Assembly (NCBI RefSeq): GCF_036588685.1
Contig: NC_086373.1
Coordinates: 40,858,001 to 40,922,000, forward strand
Direction: 5' to 3'
From: Mytilus trossulus
Lineage: Eukaryota
Length of the DNA stretch: 64,000 nucleotides
In this document: one piece after another, positions 13,672-27,200 of the stretch
How the letters are laid out: each line of letters opens with the position of its first letter
Position numbering within the stretch: position 1 is the stretch's first letter
Notes under the pieces: model-generated
What the model was told of the DNA's origin: nothing
Databases searched by the model: none
Seen by the model: only the letters and a program-made list of their open reading frames with translations
Position numbers and translations under genes: made by a program

Positions 13672-15410
13672 CAGCTAATACATTAATGCTAGCAAGACAA
13701 ATCTTTGTTTGGCTTGCTTGCTTTGCTTGTATCAATGTTTGCTCAAGCATGGCAATTAAGATAGGCGGGGCTTCAGCTTGTATACATCATTCTTAAATTT
13801 TATTGGACGTTATGTTTGAAGTTAAGGACAGTCACACTAAATTTTAAAACATCACAAGATGACAAATATAAAGCGCAATCGTAGAAATGGAAGCCAAAAA
13901 ATTGTATTTGTTTTTTCACGAAGATATGCATTTTTTTATCATCCAACTGTCAAGTACTTTTAGTATAACAAAAAAAGCTATTCGAACACACCTACTCTGA
14001 TTTCGAGTAATTCATTACATACGGATATTTCATTTGACCCAGATATTTCATCTTTTAGTACTGTGATTTTTTATGTTATAACGTCAACCTGTAGCTTTGC
14101 TATATAAAAATGATAGAATCTGAAGCGAGATGATGTATCAAATATTCTTTCTTTGTACGTTTTCAACACAAAATATTCATCTCAAACACACCCTAATAAA
14201 GAAGGTGCACTTGATTTTCTAATAAAAGGGATAAATTAATTAGGGGGGGGGGATGACTTAATTATTTTATTTTTTATGTCTATTGTTATTGAATATTGCG
14301 CACTTTGGATTAATTTTTGCTTGTAAACCTTCAAACTGATTAGTCTTTGTTTATAGAGAAGGCGATAAGTGCTTTCTGTTATGTTTCCTTTAATAAGATT
14401 TTTTTAAAGTGAATAGAAACAAATAAAATAACAATTTTCTTCTCAAATACGAGTGTTTTATTGTAAAAAAACAACCATTTGCATAAGTTTTTAATTTATC
14501 TATTACATAGTTAAGTAGAACAGTTAGATATCAAGTCGACGACATCAGTGGCGGATGCAGGAATTTTCGAAAGGGGGTGCTAGCCCAGGGCAAAGGGGGG
14601 GGGGGGGGGGGGGGTGCAAAACATATGTCCCGATTCAAATGCATGGATCCGCCAAAATAAAGGGGGAGTGCGCACCCCCGGAACCCCCCCCCCCCTCTGG
14701 ATCCGCCACTGGACATGGTTATCTATCAAGTTGGGTGAAGAAAATTCCTCCCTTTTTTTTTAATTAATACAGACGGAGAATATATCAATCTATAAGTTTA
14801 CTTATTTCCGTGTCTGTCCTTCAATTACGTGACTCAAAAAAAAAAATTGAAAAATTGAAAACAATTGTATCAAAAAGAAAAAATCGAGCGAACCTTCTTA
14901 TGTTAGGGTGTGTTTGAGATGAATAATTTGTCTAAATAACGTACAAAGGAAGAACATTTGATACATCATCTCGCTTCAGATTCTATCATTTTTATATAGC
15001 AAAGCTACAGGTTGACTTTAAAACATAAAAAAATCACAGTACTAAAAGATGAAATATATGGGTCAAATGATATACCTATGTAATGAATCACTAAATCAGA
15101 TTAGGTGTGTTCGAATAGTTATTTTGCTTTTCGACAGTCTTTTCAGTTGGATGATGAAAATGCATATCTTCGAGAAAAAACAAATCCATTTTTTTGGCTT
15201 CCATTTCTACGATTGTGCTCTATATTTGTCATCCTGTGATGTTTAAAATTTAGTGTCCTTAACTTCAATAACTGTCCAATAAAATTTCAGTATGACGTAT
15301 ACAAGCTGAAGCCCCGCCTATCTTAATTGCCATGCTTGAGTAAACATTGATACAAGCAAAGCAAGCAAGCCAAACAAAGACTTGTCTTGCTAGCATTAAT
15401 GTATTAGCTG
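13672..15410. mobile_element. Foldback non-autonomous DNA transposon, ~530-bp TIRs, TA target duplication (Tc1/mariner-like)
   Basis: TA|CAGCTAATACATTAATGCTAGCAAGAC ... GTCTTGCTAGCATTAATGTATTAGCTG|TA. Arms ~13672-14200 and ~14900-15410. The paralogous site near 43470 lacks the element. Confidence 0.9.
14546..14711. mobile_element. GC-rich MITE nested in the foldback spacer, 5-bp TSD GACAT
   Basis: GACAT|CAGTGGCGGATGCAG ... CTGGATCCGCCACTG|GACAT. A related one-ended relic lies at ~55306. Confidence 0.88.
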
Positions 15411-16298
15411 TAATATGCGGCTGGATGTCATCCTTTGTCATCATTTATTTTACCGTTATACTATACAGTGAAGTGTTTTTCTTCTACTTGTTTATATTAC
15501 ACCTTCTTTAATTTCCACCGATCGAAATTTAAAAACGGCAGGTGATATGTTTCAATCAAACTCTTGTGCCTGTTGGGATATCATTAACGGTAAATACTAT
15601 TAAATCAAATGGCCCTGTTAGAATATCTTTGACGGTGAATATTATTAAATTAACTCCGTATTTTCTAAATCATTGAACGGTTTTGAGATTATTTTATATA
15701 CGCATCTGTCTATTACAGAAAACTATGTTGACTCTTAATATTTTGATTTGTCTCTTTCGTTAGATTGCTGCCGCATTAATGTATACCTTTATCTCCTTTG
15801 ATTCAAAACCAAAAGATTGACTTGGGTATAGTGGGTATATAAATGTTGACTTTCTTGACCACCCCTCTTTCGTCCGACAGTAAACCCTTGCTAAAGGGGT
15901 GCGTCAGGTTAGCTGTTCAGATGTACGGTCGGAAAAGAAATGTCGTATATTCGATGCCTTGTGTACATGGTGTAATAAGAGTTTCACGCTATCTTTAGGT
16001 TAAAGAACCATTTGAATAACTCTTTGAGGGGAAATACGATCTGCGCACATGTTTGTTGATGTAAATAACAACAAAGATCAGCTAAGTTTTCAAATAATTC
16101 GCATGGTAGATTTTAACACATTTTTTGCGGCTTTCGCTTAGACAATCGTAGATGAAATTGTTTTAACAAAACCGATCAGTAAGACTATATCTAAAAAATA
16201 AATAAAACGGCCAAAATAAGTTGAATCCTTATATAAACTGTTGCCAACATTTTTTTATCCACTTTTTCTATTATAACAACTATTATACCAGTGTGGCA

Positions 16299-16458
16299 CC
16301 GTTAAAGTCCACAATTCCTCTAAAGTCCACAACTCCGCTAAAGTCCACAACAATCTGCCGCTAAAGTCCACAACGCCGCTAAAGTCCACAAACTTTTCGC
16401 TAAAGTCCACAAAATGACCTCCGCTAAAGTCCACAAGAAAACGCCGTTAAAGTCCAAA
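16299..16458 (+). repeat. Eight copies of (C)GCTAAAGTCCACAA with short variable spacers
   Basis: Direct reading. Resembles the subterminal binding-site array of a DNA transposon end. Confidence 0.85.
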
Positions 16459-19156
16459 CAATTCGATTTTTTGTTATTCCCGATAGTATAGATCTAATGA
16501 AAAGCATTGACTTTTGTTCGTGGAAAGTATTTCTTATTAGCTTGAATTACATTTTTGATAAATGAAAAGATTACAATTTCTGATCTTTGTATTGCGATTT
16601 TCTACCAATCAAACAGACAAGATTTCTCAAAAGTTATCTAGCTATCATGGTGCGTTTGTATTCTTTAATAAACATTTGAACATCTACAAGAAACTCCAAT
16701 ATAGCGTTCTTTTTCTTTATATGCTGGAGACATTGACATATCTTGGGTCCTATATTTGACATTGAAATTTACTTTGCAAATATATGAAACCAGAGACATA
16801 TAATTATATGTCTCTGATGAAACATAAAAAAGAAAATGTAATCCATGTAGTGTCTGTTAGGCTCCACAGCAGCCAAAATGGTCCGTAAATCTCAAAAGTA
16901 GACTTTGAACCATAATGCTCTTGTATGAAATCAACATAATGAAACAGAATTCCACACATTCATGCATTTTGTGGTGCTTAGCAGATTTCCATCACTCATT
17001 GGTTGCATGTTTTTTTTTTTTTTCAATAAGTAAAAATGTATTTGTTTCAAAATGCGTTGACGATGAATTAAAAATTAAACGCGGATGCGGTTCTATTTTG
17101 TTAATTACCCATGATGAGTATAAAAGTATAAAAGATTTTAACATTTTAACAATGCTATATGTATATATGTTCTAGATAATATGAGTACACGTATGGTCCG
17201 AACCATATAAGTATACTTGAACGTATAATGGGCCCGAATGAGTATACTCATACGGTCTGGGTACGAGCTCGACCATACACGTGTATTTGGACCACATATG
17301 GGTTGATTTGTCAAATTTATCAATAGTTAAAAAAATGAAATTAAAACTTGAACTGAATACAAAAGTTTATCAGTTTATCAGTTAAGCTCCTGTATTAGAT
17401 TTGAAGTTTGAGTTCATATGATTACTGAAATTAAAGTTATTGGAAGTACATACATGTATAATGTTGGAAGATACGTATACGATTTGTCACCTACAATTTG
17501 TTGTTACCTATATTACACGGTATCATGAAAATCTACGTTTTTCATAAAAAATATTTGGGGCCTATTTCATGCAATATTTTAATCAAAATTGGTACCAAAG
17601 GAAGCAGGATTCTCATTATTTTTTTTTATTATTTGGTAATATAATTATTTTGAAGCGTCAATTATCAATTTCTCATGATGTAACACAAAGTTTATATTTT
17701 ATCAAAAAATTGGATTGAAAAATTGGATTTGCATCAGGAGAAAAAAAAAATAACCGAAGAAAATTATGACTAAATAAACAAATGTCTATTCAGACAATGC
17801 TGCGTCTTTCAACAACTGGTTTGTGAAAATCCAACTGTAAATACCATGGTCAATTGTAGTTTTGAATTTAATTTGTTTTTTGTTGTATGTTCTTTATATA
17901 TGTAGAAGTGCATATTGACAAGAAATTATGATTCGAATAATGAATTATTATTAGTAGATATTCACCTTTACAAAACAAATTTGGTCTTAATATACCCCTG
18001 AGATAATACATCAAGTTTCATGAAACTGTGTAGATAAAAAGTTTTTTTTGATTTGATATGTAAGTAGTTGCCTCATCCTGAAAGTATTAAAGGCTGCCCA
18101 CAACTTTTGTTGTTCAAGTATAGACTTAAAAAGAGGGATATTATATGTTTTTAAATAATAAAACAAAATTGGTTATTTCACAAGAGACAGTAGTTCCACT
18201 AAACTAATAATTATTTTAAAGAAGGAAACGAGGTATATGTTTGTGTCTTAATCTTAGCCGATTAATCCTTTCTCCGACCGGTTGATAATGTTATCCTGTT
18301 TTGTTATCAATGTATGGTTCGTTTGATCACAGAACTGTATTGGTCAATTATGACTGTATATTTTCTTGCTATAATCTAAGGTTGCTATTGTGACACTACA
18401 AAAAAAGAATGACCATGTCTGGTGACGTCATCAAGACAGTTTATGCACTGTCCTTACTTTTGATTGGTTCTCTGCTAAACTATTATGATTGACTCAGCAA
18501 AAACGTTGTAGTACCTCAGCTATTAATGACTTCATGGTTCCGCCAGCTAGCAAGCTTACCAATGATTTAATTTTCACCTACACACTCAAGGCAGTGTGCT
18601 GAAAACGACATGCTAACCAGTAAAAATTTTACCTGGTTGCTGGTTTAACTGGTCCACTTGACTGACGCTATTCCTGTAACACAAAATTGAAATGTAGATA
18701 TTTCACGATTTCACACTCTTTTGATTAACGGTATGACACAGTACTCTTTTATTTGTCGTTTGGATTTAGTCCTGACTGAAAGTATTTATATATTTAAATA
18801 ATAAAATATTTTTCATTGCAAATAACATCTTTTTTCTCATATTTGTTCGTGTTGCTTAATCTTTAATTTTTCTATGTTGTGTCTTCTGTACTATTATTTG
18901 TCTGTTATTTTTTTCTTTTTCACCATGACGTTGTCAGTTTATTTTCGATCTATGATTTTGACTCTCTTTCGTCCCTCTTTTGCAATTTCAAATTCGAAAA
19001 TTTCGCGACTAAAGATAAACAAGCGGGTTAGTCGATTTGCACTTTCCATAGACTAAAAATGGGGTCAAAAGTTTATTCATTTGCTCAAAATTTCATTTTG
19101 TTTGAAATTTCTATTCTTTGAAGAAACATGCCTATCTTCACTAGCTTCAAAGTACA

Positions 19157-20282
19157 CAGCAGAATGCATTGAGCGTGCAGGTAAAGGTTATATCTTTGTG
19201 TAGCTTGTTTCTTGAAAATTCCGTGAAATCGTTACTAGATTAGGTAACCTACCCTCCTTTAAGAGTAGACAAGTCCGACAGATAACCAATATTTCTGTCT
19301 GTAGGACTGGGGCCGTGTCAATGAAAGTATCCTAGGATATGTCCTAAGATAGGTCTTAGTACATTATTTAGGATGGTCTTAGGACGTGTCTGAGACATGT
19401 CTTAGGATGTAAAACAAAGCTGTCCTAGGACTGTCCTAACTACGATGGTCCTAGGACCATCCTAACGCATTTATTTAATTGAAAATATATGTAAAGATTT
19501 GTATGACAGAGATTGAATTGTATTTTATATGTAAAGACAATATATAGAAAACAATTAACGCAAAATAAAAGTTTAAGTTTTAACGGAATACTAATAAATA
19601 CGTTATTAAATATGATAAAAGATATAAAATGGGATTTAATACGAAAACAAAAGTAAATGGTTACAAAACTTTGTGATATTCGTGCTGCAATTTTAGTACA
19701 TAAACTAGTTTTGTCCTTAGGTCCACTCGATTACATTACATGTATCGAATCAGGATTAGGTATTAAAGAGAAGTAAACTTTTTCCCATATTTGAATTATT
19801 TAAAATATGTTGCTTATGAGGATAGTATTGTTTAGGCTTCAAAAAAGGCTGCACGAAATAATTTAATATAATACAATTAAATCTTTAACAAACATTAAAC
19901 AATATTTTTTTATTATTAATTTTATCTAATGATAGTTTAATATTGTATTAGTATTTTTAGTATTGAGTTTATGCCATATTTGTTGTTTTTATTACATTTT
20001 AGGACATCGTAACTTTTAGGACTATCCTAAGACACCTAATTGTATATCCTAACTTTAGGACCAAGTTTAGGACATATCTTAGTTTAAGAGACTTTCGTTA
20101 ACCCGACTTAGGACTAAGACGTGTCCTAAGACCATCCTAAGACATGTCTTAGTCCTAGGACAGCTTCGTTGACACGGCCCCTGGACTACTCCGAATAGTA
20201 TACCTAACATAGTAATGACTTAATTCACGGTTCAGCTCACAAGCAATCTAACCTTTAACTACTCGCTCAATGCATTCTGCAG
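19157..20282. mobile_element. Older small foldback element hosting the Harbinger MITE
   Basis: GCAGAATGCATTGAGCG..AAAGGTTA (19160) is inverted to TAACCTTT..CGCTCAATGCATTCTGC (20280). Confidence 0.65.
19310..20180. mobile_element. PIF/Harbinger-like MITE with 3-bp CTG TSD and CCTAGG/CCTAAG subterminal repeats
   Basis: CTG|GGGCCGTGTCAATGAA ... TTCGTTGACACGGCCC|CTG. Confidence 0.88.
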
Positions 20283-21140
20283 TAAACACGTATGGATTTT
20301 TTTTAAACAGTTGGAATATATTCTTTACATTAGTATGCTTTATCTTTATTTAACAATTCTTTTGAATAATTTGCTTTAATTAGATAATTAAAATTCTAGA
20401 AAAGAAATGGCAATTTTTGTTGTTCTTTTATCTATTTTGAAAAAAAAACCACCTGGTGTTTTCTCATAAAAATTATAACAAATAATTTGCATACATTGTC
20501 AATAGATATAGAAAGTTGTGGTATTAGTGCCAATATGACAACTCTACATCCAAGTCACAACTTATCAAAGTAAACCATTATAGGTCAATGTACGGTCAAC
20601 ACGGTGCCTAGGCTCACATCGAACAGCAAGCTATAAAGGGCCCCAAAACTTACTAGTGTAAAACCATTCAAATGGGAAAACCAACGGTCGTATCTATATA
20701 AGAAAACGAGAAACACTTATGAACCACATAAACAAACGACAACCACTGAACATTAGATCCCTGCTTATAAGTGTCATTTAAAGAAGTGTATTCGTTTTCT
20801 TGCAAATGGCTGAATTCAGATGAAAAATGGATCATTTCCCGACAGTCACATGTTTATGTCGCGAAAATTAATGTTATTTTAAAGCGCTTGTCTTTTGAAA
20901 TTTTGTCTCCCTATATACCTTAATATAAGGTATATACAATTGTGTTTTAAAGACAAATGCCTGTGATTTTACGTTATCAACCTCATTGTTTCCGCAGTAA
21001 CTGTCTCTTAAGCCTTTAGCAAACCATATCGATACAATGATCGACACAATTCGCATCAAAACAACAGAAACAATGCAACAAATTAAGAACACTGGCACTA
21101 GTCTCAAAATATCCTCTTTATACCTTTATATAACTCAATA

Positions 21141-24100
21141 TAGTACGGTGACAAGTAAGGTAAATTACAAACTTTAATGGACCGAAATACCTTACGGCTA
21201 ATTTTGGTCTTATTTTGAAGATAAATATAATAACCTCCGAGTAAGGCATGTCGTAGAATGCCAAAGTGGTGTAGATTTTTTATAATTGCGGTCAAAGGTA
21301 AAAAGGGGGCATTTTAAAAAATCGCAATTTTTGGACATTTGGGGTTCGTGTTGTTTATTCTTTGGTTTTCTATGTTGTGTCGTGTGAACTATTGTTTGTC
21401 TGTCTGCTTTTTCGTTTTTAGCCATGGCGTTGTCAGTTTATTTTAGATTTATGAGTTTGACTGTCCCTTTGGTATTCGTCCCTCTTTTTTTTTCGGACAA
21501 TATATCGGTAGTCCCTCATGATAACTGAGAAAAAAATTCAATTGAAGCAAGCTCCGGGGATGCTGCACAAATTCAGCTTGTAATATTTATGCCAGATTGA
21601 CATAGATTAGTGATGTATAACCCCGCAGCAAACATGGAAGAAAATGATAAAGATTATCTTTATTTACAAAAATTATCGATAAAAAATATTTATATTTAAG
21701 ATTTAGCTTTGCAATAATATATGACAACATATAAAGATATTTTTGGGAAAATTTTGTTAAGATAACATAAAAAATAAAGGAAAAGAAAGTACTGTAAAGT
21801 TTACACCCGGTCAATGATTCAATGAAAATAATGATGAAATGTATTATTACTTTTTTAAACCAAAAATAATGTTGAAACTATTAAATATAGTCTTGATGCA
21901 TAAATGTCAGCATGAACACGATAGTATATGAAGTTTTATTTTTTTATGACAATAGGTCAACAAGTGCAAGAGTTATAGCATTTTGAAAATGTGCGTCCCC
22001 CTTTTTATAAAACAACACAAACAACAAAAAAGCAAGAGTAGACTTGTGACTTAAACCGTGTTAAAGCACTATATGTATCCTACAAACACGATTCACATAA
22101 ATTTGGAAAAATAAAGATATTTGTGTATATTTCAGTAATTACGGAAAACTAACACAAAAATGTATCGATTCGATGTCATGTTATACTTAATATATAAATA
22201 TTCGATAAAGTCTTCAGTTGGTTTACAAGCCCACCAACCACGTCAAGGTCGGACCACTGGCAGGTTTTTTTTAATATTTTTTTTAATTTTTTTTTTTATT
22301 TTTTTATTTTTTTCTCAAAATTGTTCAAGAGAGAAAAGGCTACTAGCAAACACAAGTAATATGGGCCTAATTCTTTCTGCTGATTTTGTAGAATGTTCTA
22401 CTTCATACCGATCAAACACGTCTACGACACACCCGAAATTTTCAAAACATGCTATTAAGGTTCTAAAGTAGTCCTTGGCCAAATCTCTAAATCTATTGCA
22501 CCTTTTTACAAAAAGACTTTGAACAATGACCATACAAGCTCTGATCAGGATTGATGAAGAAGATTGATTGAGAAGAGGTGTAACATTTCTTTTTCCAATA
22601 GATGAAAAATGGATGTTGGTATTCTACCGATGGGGTAAGCCAAAACCTTTTCAACCGTAACTTCGTCTCGGACATTTGCAAGGGCTAAAGCTCTACGAAA
22701 TACAAGCTCTGGATTGATATGCTATTTTACAATATCGCCAGATCGCATTTTAGAATGCATGGCTTTGCCATGTCGTCAAAGGTTTTGAGTGCAGATTTAG
22801 AAATTGGAGAAAAAAGGTCGCGAGTTTCGTTGTCTTTGAAACAACCGTCTACAAAAGATTTCATCGATTTTTGTCCTCGATCTACAGAATTTAGCAGAGA
22901 ATCTTCAACTTCTCTACTGGCATGCAAACCTGTTGCAATGTTAATAAGGGATTTGGGACATTATTCAATGTCGAATGGATCTGTCATATTATTTTGAACA
23001 TGCTCAAAAAGATCCGTCACTTGCTGCTCATCGCGTTTTATCGCTGTTGGTCTACTCTCTTCGTGGTTTTCTTCAGAGCCAATAGCAATTCCAGACCTTT
23101 ACCTCATCTCAGCGTACCTTGCAAGAATGTGTCTAGTAAACGTCCATCGACGAAGAGCAGTTTTTTGCGTAGTCAATCCGACTATACCGCCACTTCCTTT
23201 CGAATCCTTGATTATAGTCTTCTCTGTTGCCATATCAGTCCATATGCCATTGCATACACCAGGCTTTTGTCTGACTGCAAACTTTCCGGACATGAAGGCT
23301 GAATAAGTTTCTTTTGGGGGATTCAGCATGTGTCCATCTAGCATAATTTGTCTTGTTTGCAATAAAGAAATATGGCAACATAGAAGCCGTGGATTGGAGG
23401 TGTGAAGTCCAATCTCCATCACGTTCTGCTCTGACATTCATAAGCATAACGGCTCATAAAAAAAATTCCCAAAATTTCAAAGTTGGAGATGCTTTATAAA
23501 ACGCTCTCCCGGAAAAGAATTAAAAATTCAGAGAGATCTTCTTCGTTTGTATTTAAGTCAGTGAATGCATCATGACAATACAGCATTGTTTGCCAGAACT
23601 TTTCGTCTATGTTAGCATCTTTTCGTTGGCTTGAACACCATTGAAAAAAATTCTTAAACCATAGTGCCATCACAGTTTCATACGCTAGTGTGAAAGCTCT
23701 AACACCGCGATTAAACTGCTTGCCTTTAAGAATCTGATCTTCAGTACATCCTGCATATGCATCTGAATCGACCAATAAATCACGAAGCCCAGCTGATGCC
23801 CATATTTTGCCTATTGCTGAAATGTAATACGAAACCATGTGGAATGCACCTAATCTAACAACCTGCAGGTGAAAAATCTGAGGCATAGACCACTTTACTT
23901 ATTGGGCAATGGCATAACGATGTTGGTCAAAGGTCTGTACAGGGTTATTCTTACCTACGGCCTTTGACATTTCTAGGCATTTCAGCATTGTCGTATATAC
24001 TGTCGCCATGTCAGCAGATTTTTCGTCTATGATTGGGGATATGCAACGACGACATGAATTGCTTTTCAGTCGGAAAGTCTTTTGTGGAAGCCTGTCCAAA

Positions 24101-26279
24101 AAGGTAGTACTTGTGTTTTATCATTTTGAAACACAGGTAGTTCAATGTCGCATGTAAGTGATCGGGAGCAATACCCAAGCCATATCAGACACGTCAGATC
24201 CATTGGTTGTACATGATTCAAATGGCTGTATGGCTCAGTACATCTAGGCGGTTCAAATCTTTATTAAGGCTTACACAAAGGCAAACAAGACATGAGAGCA
24301 GAAGTTTTTCCGTCAAGAGCGAGGGATCTTTTTTGGCCGCGTTTTATTTTGACGGTAGCTAAGTCTGTCTTAAAAGTCGGATTATTCACAACCTGAAAAA
24401 AACGCTCGAGCCATAGAATGAAATGTGTTTTACCGTCAATAGTTTCTGCATTTATATCAACATTGTCAGACCCTTCTTGAATGAGGTCTTCACCTGAAAT
24501 TTTAGGACATATGCCATAAGGAATGTGTGTTCTATTTTGGGATCGTATGATTTCATGCTTTGCTGAACTAGTCAGAAATTTTCTATCTTCAGTGTAAGAC
24601 GCACAAAAGCCATGTGAATGTAAAGTTTCAATAAGATTTTTCGAATCATATTCATGATGCAACTGAAGAGCCAATGATAAACTAAAAAGGGTGAACTGGT
24701 TTTTATGCTGAGATATCACACATTCGGCTAAAGCAATACATTCCCGTACTGTATCACATGGGAGTGAATTGTAATCATTCTCCATATGAAAATAGTTGTC
24801 ATCTATTAATCTGGAAAGAAAGCTTAGCAAAGAGGTAGGTATATGTGGAAGAAAGGAACAATATATGTCTAGTAAATTCGACAACGAAAATGATTACTAT
24901 TTCACAAACAGATCATCGTGTAGACCTTCCGTCAGGTTCTTGAACGCAATGTCATGCTCCAATTCATTTGAAGCATGATCAGCAGGTTCCCTTTTCCAGT
25001 TCTGCATGTAGTTAGCAATGCATGTTGAATGATACAGTGCGTTGTCCTTGAAGTTCTCCATAGAGAGTAAACTTACCATTGGATAGTCAAACTTGTCTTT
25101 TGCGGCATTCAAGATATAATCAGCACGTTCAACAGACTCGACTCGCCGTAATTGCTTATCTCGCTTGTAGAACTTTTGTCTACAGAATAAACATTTAGAC
25201 CAGTCTAATGGTAATACCGTGGTAATACCGTGGAACGTGTTTGACGCAAGTTGATTCAAACACGGAATTGTTTGCACTCGATGTTGAGCATTGTTCTTCC
25301 CTAGTTGAAATGTTGCGAAGTTTTTTCTACTTGTATTGGTTTTGTAACACGACCTATGATATTTATTTGCTCTAATGGAATCATTTTCGTTGACTCAAAT
25401 TCCTCATAAAGGCGGCGATAAACTATTGCGTCTAAAAGAGTAGTTTTCCCTTTTTCTGTTGCATTTGAAAAATTTTCATTTGTAGATATTTGGAAAATAA
25501 CGCATAATTCCCAATTACTCCTAAGCCTTATCTTTTTTGGAACTGAGTTAGCAAACTTAACCCATAAAGTCTGTATACTCAGTCAAAATCTTGACACAGA
25601 CATTGATAAAAATATGTCTTATTAGAAAAGAAAATATAGAAAAAACACAGGTTTTTTTTCTGTAAAAACACAGCTAATCACAAGTCAGGGGAAAATAGGA
25701 AAAGGGAGAGCAACAAGACATATTGAAGTGAAAATCGAATAGTAAAACTGCTATATGATGAGTATTATAAAAAGGCCCGAAAAGTTAATTTGCATGCTTT
25801 TTCGAAATTTTAGGTATTAAAACTTCTTGCATATTGTTTATTATACTATTTTTTGTGAAAATGTACCACTGTTGATATATACATGTATAAAAAATGTTAT
25901 ATACTTTGCCAAACGGTAATATTGAAAAAAGTGACATATACATTTGAAAATCGTCCAATTCACTTAATTTATATGTTCATATGAGAAAGTTTGATGTCAA
26001 ATTAAAGCTTATACATTACTCTTTCATCTGATAACAACTTTTGTTATGATATCTTCATTCGGGAATTAATTATAAACGTTTCCGTGTTAGAAAAGAAAAA
26101 AGAAAAAAATCGGAAAGTCACACTTTATCGCAATTTTACAAAAAAAACTGCACCGTGGGAAAACTCTACGACAGGGCTAAAATGAAAGTATAATGTTTAC
26201 TCTATCTTCATGTCGTGAGGTATTTCGGTCCATGAAACTCCTTAACTGAGCGACTTTTCACGATTTGTCACTCCACTTA
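21141..26279 (-). mobile_element. Decayed AcademX-type DNA transposon
   Basis: Imperfect TIRs: TAGTACGGTGACAA..ATGGACCGAAATACCT..TGTCGTAGA on the left, TCTACGACA..AGGTATTTCGGTCCAT..TTGTCACTCCACT on the right. Possible ATA TSD. Encloses a fragmented transposase. Confidence 0.75.
22315..25277 (-). pseudogene. Frameshifted Academ-like transposase with the start of an XPG/PIN-like nuclease domain
   Basis: Colinear ORF pieces: WSKCLFC..YHSTC; DNVDINAETIDG; TFDQ; RLGAFH; RDGDW..HL..MLPYFF..NYARW; GKFAV..TDMATEKT..KG.GG..G; VFDRY..STKSAER. Many stops and frameshifts. C-terminal part missing. Confidence 0.8.
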
Positions 26280-26345
26280 TATTTTGGTCCTCAAATCTCT
26301 TCAACTTCGTACTTTATTTGGCCTTTTTAACTGTTTTGGATTCAA

Positions 26346-26389
26346 GCGTCACTGATGAGTCTTTTGTAGACGAAACCCGCGTCTGCCGT
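26346..26389 (+). ncRNA. Type I hammerhead ribozyme motif in a partial retrozyme monomer (~26280-26428)
   Basis: GCGUCA-CUGAUGA-GUC(uuuugua)GAC-GAAA-C(ccgc)GUC-UGCCGU. Core intact, one stem I mismatch. Confidence 0.85.
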
Positions 26390-27064
26390 ATATACAAAAT
26401 TTAGTCCTGGTATCTATGATGAGTTTATATACTTACATATACATTTTGAGAACCGGTCACAGAATCTAATTACAATATAAATTCAAGACCGGTTATCATT
26501 TTTTTTTAAATTAAGAGACAAGTGCCTTTGAATAAAAGTACTGATTAAGCAATTTGGAAGTTTTAGTTTAACTGTGTTTTATTAATATTGTATTTATATT
26601 GTGTCGTAGAAAAATGTATTCGTTCAGTGTATGTTCATCTGTTTTTGTATATATGTCTTTAGATTGAGTTAAGCCATTTTAATTGACATTTATAGTGTTT
26701 TTTCTATGTTGTGCTGTTACACTATTGGTTCAGGTACATTGAAGGTTAGTGCCTTTTAATTTTTAATTTGTTAGCACCTGTCCTTTGTAAGTCAGGAACC
26801 TTATGTTCAGTGGTTGTCGTTTGTTCGTTTGTTGATGTGGTTCACAAATGTTTCTCTTTTCCCTTTTTTATACAGATTAGACCGTTGGTTTTCCTGTTTG
26901 AATGTTTTACATTTGTAGCTTACTGTTCGGTGTGAACCAAGGCTCTGTGTTGAAGGCTGTACTTTGAAATATAATGGTAGACACGCTCGATTGTGACTTG
27001 GTTGGTCTTCTTATATGTATTTGTAACTTTTTGTGTTTTATTGATTCACGTATGTATCATTATA

Positions 27065-27200
27065 TAAATAACAGATAGCTGAGAGGGTGGTAGAGCAGAT
27101 TGTTACTCCGAGAAAACATTGTCAACCGCGGCGAAGGTTGACAAAGCTTTTTCCAGGGGGACTAATCTGCTCTATCACCCTCTCAGCTATGTGTTATTTA
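27065..27200. repeat. ~135-bp palindrome (possible non-autonomous Crypton-like element end)
   Basis: TAAATAACAGATAGCTGAGAGGGTGGTAGAGCAGATT ... AATCTGCTCTATCACCCTCTCAGCTATGTGTTATTTA with inner TTGTCAACC/GGTTGACAA. The palindrome is certain, the family is tentative. Confidence 0.7.

Noticed and set aside
14531-14767. Gly/Pro-rich ORFs
   Set aside because: They are translations of the G and C runs in a MITE.
16299-16458. CRISPR-like repeat-spacer pattern
   Set aside because: Repeats are ~14 nt and spacers under 10 nt, there are no cas genes, and the context is eukaryotic.
22719-24978. Plus-strand ORFs over the transposase (and similar ORFs over the TRIM and PTN exons)
   Set aside because: They are antisense shadows of real coding sequence.
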